Below, piece by piece: positions 1-12,874 of a DNA stretch of 64,000 bases. Both the position numbers and the translations under genes were made by a program. Below the pieces are notes generated by a model. That model was not told where the DNA came from. It did not search any database and worked only from the letters and a program-made list of their open reading frames with translations. The DNA is taken from contig NC_090911.1 of the NCBI RefSeq assembly GCF_040956055.1, positions 1,460,830 through 1,524,829 on the forward strand, given 5' to 3'. How positions within the stretch are numbered: position 1 is the stretch's first letter; each line of letters starts with the position of its first letter. Origin of the DNA: Brachionichthys hirsutus (Eukaryota).

Positions 1-49
1 TCATCACAGGGCCACACACACACACACACACACACACACCCCTACGGAC

Positions 50-1520
50 TTTGATTTGATTTGATTTGAATGCTTTATTTCGAACTTGCAAATTAAAAGA
101 CAAATAGAAAACAAACAAGCCGAAAACAATGATAATAGTCAAACCAAAAATAACAAAGTCAAAACAACAATAATAATACAAACAAAACATGTCCGAAAAG
201 GAGTAGGATGAAGCATTAGCTTTTTTTGAACCTACCCCCTCTCCACTACTCAACAAGCCATTCCTCTAACATACATACATTGAATACATTTCCAAGTAAA
301 TAAAAAATTGCAATTATAAACAAACATATATTTTACATAATTATTATTATTTATTTATTTATTTTTGCTAGAAAATAATTAGAAAATGAACCCGATATAT
401 CCACAAGATAGAAAATAAATTAAACAACAAATATACTTTCAAAAAATAGAGTCAAAAAGTGTAAATAACTAATTCATAAATCACTCGTGAAAACACCTGA
501 TCATTAAAGCCCTTCTCCCTCACTGTATTTCATGAAAACCTTGTGTTTGTACCGCTTTTTAAACTGGGTCATGCTTGGACACTGCTTGAGCTCCGCACCC
601 AACCCATTCCACAACCTGACTCCACAAACAGAAACACAGAAACCTTTTAATGTTGTACGTGCCCGCTGATGTTTGAAGTAGTGCTCACCCCTCAAGTTAT
701 AACCCGCAACTCTAGTAAAGAATAATTTTTGAATATTTCCCGGAAGTCGATTGTTTATAGCTTTGTGCATGATTTGTACTGTTTGAAAATGAACCAAGTC
801 AGTGAATTTTAATAGTTTTGATTGTAAAAATAATGAATTTGTGTGTTCTGTATAACCGGCATTGTGAATTATCCTTATGGCTCTTTTTTGGAGTTTATAT
901 AGTGATTGTGTTGTACATTTGTATGTATTGCCCCAAACCTCTGCACAGTAATTTAAATATGGTAAAATAAATGAACAATAAAGAATGTGGAGTGATTTGT
1001 GATCCAGAATATGTTTTACTTTGCTCAGAACTGAAATGCTTCTTGACAGTTTGCTTTGTACATGTTTTATATGCAACTTCCAGTTTATTTTATCATCAAT
1101 AATTACCCCAAGAAATTTATTTTGATACACTCTTTCAATATTGACCCCATCTACTTGTACCTGAACCTGTTTTTTTTTATTACAATTACTGAATAACATG
1201 AATTTAGTTTTACTTAAGTTTATTGATAATTTGTTTCTGTCAAACCACATTTTAAGTTTTCCCATTTCAGTAGAAATCCTCCCCACTAATTCCTGTAAGT
1301 CCTCTCCAGAACAAAAAATATTCGTGTCATCTGCAAATAATACTAATTTTACGTTTTCTGAGACTTTGCAAATATCATTTATGTAGATTATAAACAGTTT
1401 TGGACCTAACACTGACCCCTGTGGGACACCACAAGCAATGTCCAAGCATGACGATGAATATTCACCCAACTTCACAAATTGTTTTCTGTTGCTTAGATAA
1501 CTTTTCACCCAGTGCAATAC
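50..1520 (-). mobile_element. 5'-truncated non-LTR (LINE) retrotransposon: reverse transcriptase and C-terminal ORF2 fragment (ORF 504-1517), followed by an A/T-rich 3' tail and (TCAAA)n/(CA)n microsatellites
   Basis: The 337 aa minus-strand ORF contains RT motifs (GVPQGSVLGPKLFIIYINDI, FADDTNIF) and the C-terminal region typical of fish L2/CR1-like LINEs. The ORF is truncated at its 5' end. Simple repeats lie 3' of the stop codon. Confidence 0.8.
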
Positions 1521-1559
1521 AATTTAGTGTAACTAATTCACCTAAGTTCCATGTTTTTT

Positions 1560-1700
1560 GGTGGTGGGAGGAAACCGGAGAACCCATAGAGAACCCACTC
1601 AAACGCAGGGAGAACATGCAAACTCCTCACCCCCCCCCACCGTTGGATTTGAACCTGTGACCTTCTTGCTGTGAGGCAACAGCGCAACCCACTGCACCAC
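1560..1700 (-). mobile_element. tRNA-derived SINE (teleost family), minus orientation
   Basis: The segment is the reverse complement of the tRNA-like head plus conserved body (gcacggtggtgcagtgggtt...ggttcaaatcc...gagtttgcatgttctccc). The same family recurs at 54900-55012 and 58572-58880. Confidence 0.75.
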
Positions 1701-4287
1701 CGTGCTGCTGCTCACACTAAAAGTGGCAGAAATAATCGTATGAATCATAGAAACCTTTGATGGCCTCCTCTCTCCCTCTCGAAACCCGGTCGATCAGGAG
1801 GTGAAGTCGGACACGCTGCATCAGAAACTCATTGCAATCGTCGGACACCAGGCGAAATGCCTGTGTTTTGCACATCCAACGATCCCTTTGGATCACGTTC
1901 GCACTTCCTTACCTGCAGAGTGAGAGGCGGTCGGGCTTGTGAAGTAACTGGCTGGTCCGAAGCCTCCACAGCTGGCTGGTTGAGCCTTCGCTTCCCTTTG
2001 CTCACATCCTTGGACAAGCACAGAAGAAACAATCAGCATCAGCAACAGCAGTTTGCATCAAGCTGAAGTGGCGGCGCCGAAGCCATCGCTACCTGGCTGG
2101 CTGTAGGCTTCGTGGTAGTCCTGCGTTGTGTCTAAGGATGAGCTCGCCGGGCTGAATAAGCTGTTCCTGTTGGCAGGTAGGAAACGTATCAAGGCCCCAC
2201 TCAGACCCCCCCCCGAAAGCCCCCCGATAACCTTAGAAAGAACTCTCTTGTTCCTTCATTCATCCGTCTTCATCGCCCGATGGCAGTTGCTTTAATACCA
2301 CCTCGTCCGTTTCTAACTGTCTTCCAGCTGGCTTGAACACGACTCCTGCTGAACAGTTTAAGGTTTCTGTCTCATAGAAATGACTTCAGCTTCTCATAAC
2401 GCCGCCGCAGGTCGTCCGCGCTCCATCTCAGAGCCAAGAACACTGATGGCAGCAGAAGATCACGCTATTTTAAAATAAATCAAACAAATTCCATTTGAAA
2501 TATGAAAGTATGACTAACCGAGGCTGGAGCTATCCAGTCGTCTCATTTGCTGAGGGAATACGCATCATGTTTTTACACCCACTGAAATTGCTTGGCTAAT
2601 GGACGCCAAGCAAATCTTCGCCTTAGTATTGTGTAACAGCGAAACAGCCCGGCAGCAGCTGTGTGGTCATACACAAACAACTTGGACAGATAGGACAGCT
2701 TATTTTAGGGGACGTGGGGCAGCAGGGGCTGTTATACGCCGCCTTTGTCTAAAGCTGTATCCATTGCTCCGCTGCAAGAATGTGCTGAGACAAACACTCT
2801 GACTCAACGTGGAAACGAATGAGTCAGAGGAGCCAACTCGAGTAGAAGGAAGAAAGGCGGCCAAATATCTCTCCAAGGAGACATCAAGCTGAACCCCCCC
2901 CCAGTATGCTATTTGAATCCAGCCCCTCCTCCTTCGCAGAGCTCGCCCTCGAGTGCTCCAGGACGATGCACCGGAGTATGCTGTTCCCCGGGGACCCCCA
3001 AATGGCCTTGGATTCTGCTGGACCGGTTTTAGTCAGGCCTTGTCAGAGATCTGAAGGCTGCTGGACCGAGTGCCGTCTATGTTTGTATCTGACAAGCAAT
3101 AAAAAGGAAATGGAATAGATTGTTTTTTGGGGGGACTTATCATTTATCATCCTCAGGTCTCTTTATGAGCCATTTCCCATGTCAAATGCTATTACATGAA
3201 ATATAACGGCCTCTGCTTTCAGCGGAGAGACACAGTAAAAGCCAGAATTAATCACGAGGACTTTTGACTCCTGAACTGATAGAAGTTACAGATGGCTGTT
3301 GCTTTTCAAGATAATAAAGGCAGAGGAATGAAAGGGGGCTTTGCTGTAGCATGACTGTTGAAGCGAAAACGCTGCGATGACTTCAAGCCCCAGGAATTCA
3401 ACACTTTCGCAAATTCCCCTCAGTGGCCCCAAAACCATCAGAGCTGACCTTAACCATAAACACAGCGCCACAACTTTCACTCTTGCAACAACATAACTGA
3501 GATGTCTGAGTGGGGGGGGGTGCTATTTCGATCCATTGCCTCGTCCGCCCCAAACATCCGAGGTGCGCAAGCTTATCGGAGAGCCCGTTCTGGATAGAGC
3601 AGACTTCAGGAAACTGCTTCTCTGATCATCCGCTAAAGCAAACCCCATCCATACCCCCCCCCCCCTCTGTCTACCTTCCGCCAGCTGCCCTCCTTGTGGA
3701 TGGAATGAGAACAATCCTGCTAGCATTGGAGCTTTTTAATAGCAGCACGTTGACAGGATTAGAGTGGTAAATATGATGCAAGCACTACAAACAAAGCTAG
3801 AGCCAACTTACTCAAGATACAGTCAATCTGAAATATGTGGGCGTGTTAGTCATTAAACTTTAAACCGGTTCCGATGCTGCTCAAAGCTTCTGCAGAGCGT
3901 ATAATAGTTGTTGTGTGGCAGACATTCTGGTTAGAGAGCTTGAGTCGCACATCGCTGACGTCTTAGCATTGAGACTCTCAAATGTTAAATAGCTAAAAGA
4001 CATCGAAATGGCTCATCTTAACCAGAGGTTGCATGGCTGGCGATGAGATCAGAGCTTTAGCAGGCCGCTCAGCCGCATCGGAGTAATGCTAATGGAGGAG
4101 CTAGATGGCAGCATGGGGGGGGGGGGGGGATTTGGCTGCACACCTTGAGGAGGGTGTGGTATGCTGCGTTCAGGTATCAAATGAAAGGCTACCTTTGCTT
4201 TACGATGTTCCGGGGACTACCTGCTCATTAGGAGCAGTCACCATTCACACACCAGTGCAAAAGCTGCTGGGAGCAATTTGGGGTACA

Positions 4288-4395
4288 GTATCTCACCCAT
4301 GGATGCTTCAACATGTGGGCTGCAGGGCTGGGGATCGAACCAGCGACCATCGGACAAGCAGACCACTCTGCCACTGAGCCGCAGCCGCCCCTGTC
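4288..4395 (-). mobile_element. SINE fragment with tRNA-like head (ggctcagtggcagagtgg...ggttcgatcccc)
   Basis: The reverse complement shows D-arm- and T-arm-like boxes typical of a tRNA-derived SINE head. The cloverleaf is incomplete, so this is not a bona fide tRNA gene. Confidence 0.5.
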
Positions 4396-5329
4396 CTGTT
4401 ATTTTTCTTAAATGTTGTGAGGTTGGGCCTTTTTTGGGGTTAATTGTGATGAAACCTGGTCTAAAGGTTGTGTACTTTAAAAAAACTACATTAAAAAAAA
4501 CTACACTACAGATTTCTGTCAGACGTGGTGGAAGGATGGGAATCCTGTCGGGGGGAAAAAAACACATTTCATTTTGATGCACAAAAGATCTAGAAATAGG
4601 TTTTTGTTTTCTTAAAACACTGGAAAATGTGCGCCTTTAGAAACTATACTCAATATATATAAGTACAAAGATAGTCGGTGAACCCTGCCACAATGGACAT
4701 CAACTGGCAAAACAAACATAATTCAATGAAGATGTGTATATTTGAAGGCCATTTCTGTGGCTAAAGTCTTAATGTGCTCTGCCTTCAATCGTTAGAACCA
4801 GAAAGCTGGCGGGTTTTAATGAAACATGGCTTTTGGATTGGGCAAAAAGCTTTTTGTCTTTCGGTTAAACTTCTTGATTAAGTTTCAGACCATAGCAGAG
4901 GAGCGTTCGCACGCCTAAAGTTGGAACAAGCGACATTTTGGAAGGGATCGTCTCGCCTTGGCAGATTTATGTGCTCTACTGAGAACCCCCCTAAGTTAAA
5001 AAAGAGGATTTGCTCGATGAATTTTAATTGGTTGGTTTTGTACCAAAACATGATTTGATCAAGTCCAGAATCCAGATCTTATCATGCAGCAAGAGACAGA
5101 CGTTCTGTATCTGAATGAAGTTGGGTGTTTCTACTACTTATTATCGAATCATGTACTTTCAAAGATATTCATCAGGACATTTTATTATGTTTCAAGCGTT
5201 GAATCTTTTCAAGGCCCATCTGAAGTTTAGCAACAACATAAAACACTTTCACATTAGCCTGCTTGTATTGTTATTAACCCCGTAACAACCCTCCTCTAGG
5301 GTATCCCTGATTCTCTCACAGCTTTTAAA

Positions 5330-5530
5330 GTCAGTTAAACTAGAAAAGCACTCAGAGAGCGCAGACCTCCACCAAGCAGCTCGTTTCCCTCCTAACTGGA
5401 TCTACACCGTCCACATGGTGATCTGGATCTACATCAAAAGGTTCTAGATTGTTCTTGGTATCTTTATACACCAACCATGAAAAGCAAAATTGAATCAGAG
5501 CTAAATTGTGTTTTCAATGTTAAAATTTAA
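5330..5530 (-). repeat. copy of a dispersed ~170-200 bp interspersed repeat (other copies at 45966-46130 and 50040-50210)
   Basis: This copy is a near-identical reverse complement of 45966-46130 and 50040-50210 (ccaagaacaatctagaacc...ctggtgctgatccagatcacc...gagctgcttgggggaggtctg). Confidence 0.7.
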
Positions 5531-6428
5531 TATTCTTTCCTGACCTGATTCTGGATCTGAACCGGATGAAATTCAGTGATGACATAGAGACCCCCACCCT
5601 ACATGACAGTGTCAAATTCCATAAACATCGGTCAATAACCAACCGAGATATTGAGGAACACATTTTGAAGCTGGATTCAATAACAATGCAGGGAAGAAGA
5701 TGAAGAGAAATGTGTTTATTTCTCAAAAGGTGTTTCCATGTTTTTTGTATTTATTTTTCATCACAGGCCATTTGGGACAATTAATGAAGACTAAGCTGTA
5801 TTTCACATCGTCTTTTGCTGGACCGGATTAAAACATGTTTGAAGCTGTTCAAGGACATGAAACGCACTGAATGTCAAGCCGTGTTCCTTTTCCCGGCTGT
5901 TTGCTACACTGAATATAAAAACCCATTAAAAACGATTTCGTGTGAAACTATGTGAGCAGATTTGTTATAATTCGTTAGACCACTGACGTGTTATTTTAGG
6001 CCGTATTAATCCTTTTTTATTTGGCAAGCCAATGAAAGAGTCGAGTCTACAAACTATTGCTCTGGAGGCCGTCAGCTTTTTCTCTGTCGTCTCTAGGCCA
6101 GACAAAATTTGTCTCCGTTTACCCGCGTAAAATCTGGCAACTAAAACACCCAACCGCAAAGTCAGAACTCTTTCTCTGATCTATTCAAGAATGCAGAAGC
6201 TCACATCCCTCTCCCTGTTTATGTTCGTTTCAGCTACGATATGCTTCATGAGCGGCGAAGCAAAGCGACTGTGAAATATTTAAATTTGTGCCCAAACATA
6301 ATGGAGGTTGAAACATGACCTCTGAGCCTGATAGGGTCTATGGCTAAGTGAATGCCATGATTCTCAAGAAGTGGAATGAAAGCAGTGGCAAACATCTGTA
6401 TTTAAACGGGCAGTTCTTAATTGTGACT

Positions 6429-6652
6429 TCACAACGAATGCTGCCGTGCCACAGATCTGAGGACTCGTTCTCCTGTTAAAGATGCGTAAACAACGGCCTT
6501 CAGGAACACCCACCCATCCGTGGTGCCGCCGGGGCTGCTGCCGTCAAAGTTCCCCTCTAAGCCGTGATACCTGGAGCCGGTGTCTGCCGGAGGAAGGAAC
6601 TCGGAGCGTCCCATGCTGTGGACGACGCTGCTGCTGCTCGAGTACATACCTG
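6429..6652 (-). CDS. candidate 3' (C-terminal) coding exon of the GLIS gene; boundaries unresolved
   Basis: The minus-strand ORF (YSSSSSVVHSMGRSEFLPPADTGSRYHGLEGNFDGSS...) is preceded by a good acceptor (ttgtttgtctttcag). It lies downstream of zinc-finger-5 exon 8702-8815 in the direction of transcription. There is no recognisable domain, so this is a weak call. Confidence 0.3.
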
Positions 6653-8701
6653 AAAGACAAACAAGCCACGCTTTGAGCGTCTCTGCAGTCTGATTTGACT
6701 GATTATATCAGGGTAACTGCATACTTACATACTTGTATGCATACTTAACAGTCAGAACGTGGCATTTAACTTTAACGTTTGCCCATTTCTGATAAGTAGA
6801 AGGTCCTCTGGGGACATTTGCAAAGCGAAACACGGACATGCTTGTTTCACTCTGAATAAACACAGCTGGCCGTTTCAGGCTCTCCCCCTCAACGTCTTTG
6901 GGGATGGCTGCAAGTGGATTGAAGTAACAGACATGGACACTCTTCCCACTCTTTTGCCAGCGGAGTCTCCATGTACAGGACAACTTCTTGATCCCAGTTC
7001 AGCCATTGAAATGGAAAGAAAAAAGAGATTGGCTGGAAAACCATTCTGGAGAAGTTGAGGGATGAATGGGGAATGTGCCAACTAGCCCGAGGTTGGTGCC
7101 CAGAAACTGGACAAGGTAAACACTGGCATGATGAGCTATCAACGGACGAATGGGAGACGGGGGGGGGGCGAATGAGGCCATGGGAGAAAATGACAGAAAC
7201 GGCTTAATAACCCAGGCGCCCCAGCATTTATGCTTTAATGTTCGTTATTTTGCTTCCAGAGAGGTTTTGGATGCGACGTTTCCACTGCTTGTGCTACCAT
7301 TTTGTCTGTGCACACCTGTGAAGTCGTCCAAGCCTGGCAAAGGTGAGCTGTTTCCACAGTGGGATGAGGCGGAGCCGTGGAGATGCTGCCTTGCAAGACA
7401 ATCGCTCAAGATGTCAGACTCCATCATTGTGTGCCCTTGAACCTGTCAGAAAGGCAAAATGCAGAATGGCCTTATGGACAATTCGTCATAGAATGATTGC
7501 AGTGAAGCGGCAGTTTGTGTCACAGTTGGGCAAAGCAATTCCCATAGAGCTCAACTGTGGGCTTGAGTTTTTATTACAAACAGTAGATCAATTAGAAACA
7601 CAGTTTTCCACAGGCAGGTTTCTGCTTTTCATTTTTCAGCGAAGTGTCTGGTTCCTGTTTTTATCCCACAATCTAGCTGTTCAAGATTCAAGATCTAGAA
7701 ATCTTACTGGCCAATTTTATCCTAAAACATTATAACACAGTTATAATTTACTTTTTAATATTCTGTGTCAGCAGACCATCCCGGAGGACTTTCTAATTGT
7801 ACATCCAGGAACCACACAAGACATTTAGTGGTTTACCTAAAGCGGTTTTTCCTTTTTTCATTTACAGACACCAACAATTGCAGAACAGCATCTTAAAGAA
7901 ATGTAAATCTGCTCGGGGGATTGTGAACTTTCCTTATTTCCAAGTCCCGTTTAGCCCCTCGGGGCTTTCTGCTATTGAAGTGTTAGTCATGTCACAACTT
8001 CTAAACACACGTGGTTCTGTTTAAAACAAACAAGGCATGAGAATACACTCAAAGCCCTCATGTCACTCACAGGCCATAGAAAACAAACAAGGTCCAGATA
8101 ACACAGAACAATAGGCTCCCTATTCTAACATCCAGCCAGCGTGGCGACGTTTTCTGCTGTATTCCATCTGCAGAATACAAAATATTCCAGCTCTGCTTTT
8201 GCCCTTCTTCTGGTTGTCCTTCCTCCCTTCCTCTCAGTAGGGTCTCATCAACCCTTCAACAAGGAGCTCCACAGAACCCAGACCTCGCACTAAACTAGAC
8301 AGCCTTAAATAAATCCCGGTAGAAGGATGGACCAGAAAAGAGCTGGATTAACGGATTGATTCAAGGCAGTGTTATCAGTTCCTGGGATGTTGCCAGACTG
8401 CATCAATTTCCACCAAAACTTGTGCAGGGCGTGGAATGGGTTAAAATCCCACCCGGCTTATCTGACATTGTTTGGTTTTGGCAGCGGTAAATCAGCCCAA
8501 TGTTGAATATTATAATTGAGATGAATTGAAAAGTAAATACTGTTGAATAATACATGAATATAGATAATCATCTTTCTCCACCCAGCAGCTGGGTTTAAGG
8601 AATAAGATAATACAAATGTCATAAAACACTGAAACGTTTAATATATTGCCAATAAAAGCTCTCAAATCAACATGAAAAGTTTAAAAAGTTGCTTTTGTCA
8701 C

Positions 8702-8815
8702 CTTGGCTTCCCTCTCCTGGACGACTTTAGTGGCGTGGGCTTTGACATGCTTTCGCAGAGAGCTGGGGTCGGTGTATCGCTTGGTGCATCCAGGGATCTG
8801 ACATGCGTACGGCTT
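8702..8815 (-). CDS. glis1: GLIS zinc-finger exon (ZF5): [38 protein letters not shown]
   Basis: The acceptor is ctttgcactcccag|AAGCCG and the donor is AAG|gtgac. Phase is 0 at both ends (38 codons). The sequence matches the fifth C2H2 finger of the GLIS1/GLIS3 family. Confidence 0.88.
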
Positions 8816-11800
8816 CTGGGAGTGCAAAGATGACAGACAAAAGAAAACTATGAAGGAATACAGAAAGAGATATTATAGTAATGCGTAATTAGAAGTGGGT
8901 TTAATCATTTCCCAGAATTAAAACATCTGTGCACCAACACCGCTATATGAGACCCGCTGTCTAACCTTCAGATGCTACGTAAGCAAACGGACAAGAAGAA
9001 AAACATCCCACCAAACCCCGAAATGCAGCAACGCATCCATTGTGTTTACTTTATTATTTGAGAATGTTTATTTTCAATGCAAATGAAACCACACATTATC
9101 ATAACTTCAGTGTTTTTGCACTGTCAACCAATAACTGGCTGATTTTTTTATGATATTTTAGGTTCATGATCAACAAAATGAATTTCAATATACTCAATAC
9201 TCATACTCCATATTTCCTATGAGGACTTGCACATGTTCAGGACAAAATACATTATTGTCACACAGGACACGATCTCAGACTCAAAACTAGCAGGGGTCTA
9301 GAAGTCCAGAGTCTTAATCACTTGGAATAAAATGCTCTCAGTGTGTGACTCGGTGTGGCAGTTTAGCTAACAGAGAGAGGGCGGACATGAAGATTATGTC
9401 AACAGTTTGCGTAGGATGCCCCTTTACCTTTAGTCTGCAGGCTTATGGAGAGAAAGAGAGAGAGAAGAGTTAGGAGGAAATAAAGCCGCTGTGCAGACGC
9501 CTCCTATTCAGCCATGACTCATCTCATTCATAACGTGAACAGAACCGACCTGCAAGCATCGAAAGGGAAGAGCGTTCATTCCAGCATCAGCATAAATTAG
9601 TGCAAGGAACCCGATTCTAATCTGGTCAAATCAGGCTGCTGTCAATTCAAATGATAGAAAGTTTAAGGCGCATAAGTGATGTGTATATATATATAAAAAA
9701 AATCTATTGCTTATTTATTTTCTTTTTTAATATTATAGTTTACCATTTCCATTCATGCACTATGCGCATACTGTCAATTTGGTATTGCTGTGTCTTGTTG
9801 AGTGCAGCTCTGTGCCTCTGGGATTAATAAAGTGTTCTGATTCTCATTGCTGCCTTTTAGGCAGCACTGTCACCTATATTTGAGTCAATGAGCCCATTTA
9901 CATGAAACAAATTCATTCCACGTCTTTCTTGATCCACTATTACGAGTGATAAACCACAAGGAAGGAATTAGGATTTCATGAAAAGCACATTTACCGTTGG
10001 TTGATCCTTGAAAGTTTACGGACCAGAGATCACGTGCATAATCAATAAGAGCAATGAGGGAGTTCAGAGCATAGTCTTCTATCTAAATGATAAAGGACAA
10101 ATTCATGCACAAATTAAGAACTGAAAATGTTTGACCTGAGCTTTATAAAAACAGTAGAGGTGAAACTCCTGGCTGTGTTCTACTATTCATTCCTTCTGTC
10201 CTCATTGTGTTTTCTTTATCCAATACTGGTTGTCTAATGTAATTTATGTAAAGTAAAAAAATACATGTAAACTCCACACAGAAAAGCCCCCCCCCCACCC
10301 CACCCCACTGCACGACTTCACTTGTACTTGTACTCGAGTACTTCTTTCCGGTCATACAGAAAAGAGGTAAAATAAAATAAAAGTTTATGTCGAGGCACTT
10401 TTTAGGAGATTTACTTTGGGGGGGAAAACTTTTATGACTGGCTGTTATTTATAATTCGAGTAACACAATTAAAGCTGTTTTTTTTATTATTATATAAGTT
10501 ATAGTGTTAAACTATTTTCAGTTAGTATTTACATTCAGACAGTCCTCCATCGGGCCTCACTTCTGGCGCCAGATGCAGCTAATTTTTTATTTTAGCCAAA
10601 CTTCTATTAGCAAGCATGAAACCACAAAAATGGGAAATGATGTTCTCCTCTTGTTATAATAACACTGGACTGCAAACTGCAGCGCCGTCTCACGCGTGGA
10701 ACAGGAGCGCCGCCTCCCTGGATTACTGCTAAGTCCTCATAGCGTGTCAGCAGGAGCAAAAATAACTGTGGTATACCGAATAAATCCACAACAGGTATGT
10801 ACTTTCACAGTCCTGAAGACTCCCCAATTCAGAATAAGGAGGAGGAAAGAGGGAGCAGATGCTTTTTAAATCAATGTAATTTTATGTGCATTAAGTTCAC
10901 CATAGAGTGCATCGTCCTGATTACTCCACCAATGTTATAGATCATGAAAAGGTTTGATGTACCACATGGAATCTGTAAAGTTGTTGGCTTTGGGGATACA
11001 GTAATTGATTTTGTACCACACATTCTAAATGACGTCAATGCAGACATGAATAATGATGGGGAAACTCTTCAGAGCCCTGCGTACCGCAGTCCGATAATAT
11101 TGTTGGATACACAGTTTTTACATGCCTCAGAATCAACGGGAACAGAGATACCGTCTTCGTCTTGCTCGTCACCTCAACCACCGAGGGTTCGGTGCCCAAT
11201 GCAAGCGGTGGCTAATATACTGTAGGCTCGTACCCATTCATCCTGTTCGTATTGGACATTTATAGAGCCCGTTCTAATGCCCTTCCTCTGCCCGCGACAG
11301 ACCGATGAAGTCACAGTTGGTTGATGTCTTTTGACCATGAAAAAACTAAAAAATGGAATTCCATACTGAAAAAAAAGATGTTAGGATAATTTAAGCCTGT
11401 CGGCTCACAGCAAGTCTTGTGTTCAAATCCACCGGAGGTCCTGGGACGACTGCAATCAATAAATGTGACTAAAGGACAGCGAACCGGCAGCTTGTCGGGT
11501 GTCCCCCGTCTCGCATCTGCATCCCTCAATATCACCAGAATGAGGAACAAAGAACGGATAAAGCAAAGACGAACATGAGTCTGAATACATCACAGTCACC
11601 AATGGGCCCATGTATTCTGCTTGCTCACAATGAAGAGGAATAAAACTTTGTTTCTGACGCCTGCCGATGCTGATGCCAGCAGTCGCTGTTGGTGAGAGGC
11701 ACAAACTGTTCTGGTCAGCATGTCTTCTACCATTTATTCTTGGTAGGGCTCCTGAAATCATACGAAACAAACCCAGAGTCTCGCAATGGCTAAGGAGACG

Positions 11801-12127
11801 CCAGAGAATTCTGCTGAAACCAATTATGGCATACAGACGCAAGATAAATTTAAGCAGGAGAATATTCTTCTTTTTACACACAATGTGTACTGCTGTAAAA
11901 TTCCCTGTATTTTAGTTATCCTTATTATCCAAGAGTCTCTTTATTTATAGTACACTCCAAAAAAGGAAACTTTATTGTGGAATTTGTGGCAGGACTCTCA
12001 TTAACCTCAAGTTTATGATGAAACCGCTGATCTAACATTAAAGAGAGAAAACATTTGAAAGTCTCACTCGGCTTTCCTCCCTTTTTTTTTTAAACTTTAT
12101 TAGTTTCTTTGTGCTTGATTCTAACAA

Positions 12128-12152
12128 TCACACACACACACACACACACTAC
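12128..12152. repeat. (CA)n microsatellite in GLIS intron
   Basis: The sequence is cacacacacacacacacaca. Confidence 0.9.
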
Positions 12153-12712
12153 ATGGCTTTGGCTTTGCAGGATGCACATTAGATCGCTCTGCATCATTGT
12201 CCTCTGTGGCTCTAATGCTCATAGGTCGTACAGATTTGTGGCTTTTAAGCTTGTCGTAAGGTAACAACGCTTCGCTCCGACTCAGCTGACCCAGGTTTGA
12301 GTCTCACCTTTGCCATTTAGTTAGTTCATTTTTGCTATTTTACAGATTGAATAGTTTTCTGCATGTTTTATTTTTTGTCTTGCAGACTTTTGGGAGGCTC
12401 TTAAGGTTACAGACGTTATGTGTTTTTGTGGTGTTCAAACTTGACACCAAGGTTTGGTCTTTTTAGTCTACGATACTCTGACTGCATTTGAATTTTTTAT
12501 GTCTTTTTTGTCCTGAAAGTGTCCCACAGGCTTATTCTGGTAAGAGACCAGCAAAATGATGAAGGCTACAGGTAGCTGGGATTCTATTTTGTGATCTCTA
12601 GTAAAAGATGATGCTGACTGCCTGGTTTTATGGTATGTTCAAAACATATCTCCAAGTTGCTCCTTTTTAAAATGTCACGTGCAACTGTTGAGCAAGATGG
12701 TTCCGTACTGAC

Positions 12713-12874
12713 CGTGTCCAGATGCGTGCGCTGGTGTTTAGCCCGGTCGCTGGAGTTGCTGAAGGCCTTGAGGCACCCAGAATGCTGGCAGACGTACGGC
12801 TTCTCTCCTGTGTGGCTCCTCAGGTGGATCTTCAGGTTCTCCAGACGTGAGAAGGCCTTGGTGCAGCCCTCGAA
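12713..12874 (-). CDS. glis1: GLIS zinc-finger exon (ZF3-ZF4): [54 protein letters not shown]
   Basis: The acceptor is tttgccag|TTCGAG and the donor is GACACG|gtcagt. The exon is 54 codons, phase 0. It joins in frame to the upstream exon (…GEKPNKCI|FEGC…) and to the downstream exon (…HLDT|KPYAC…). Confidence 0.9.

Noticed and set aside
10558-10572. A shared 15-mer, acttctggcgccaga, at 10558 and 47263 (palindromic core ctggcgccag), considered as transposon termini
   Set aside because: There are only two short matches with no extended flanking similarity. Chance is a sufficient explanation.
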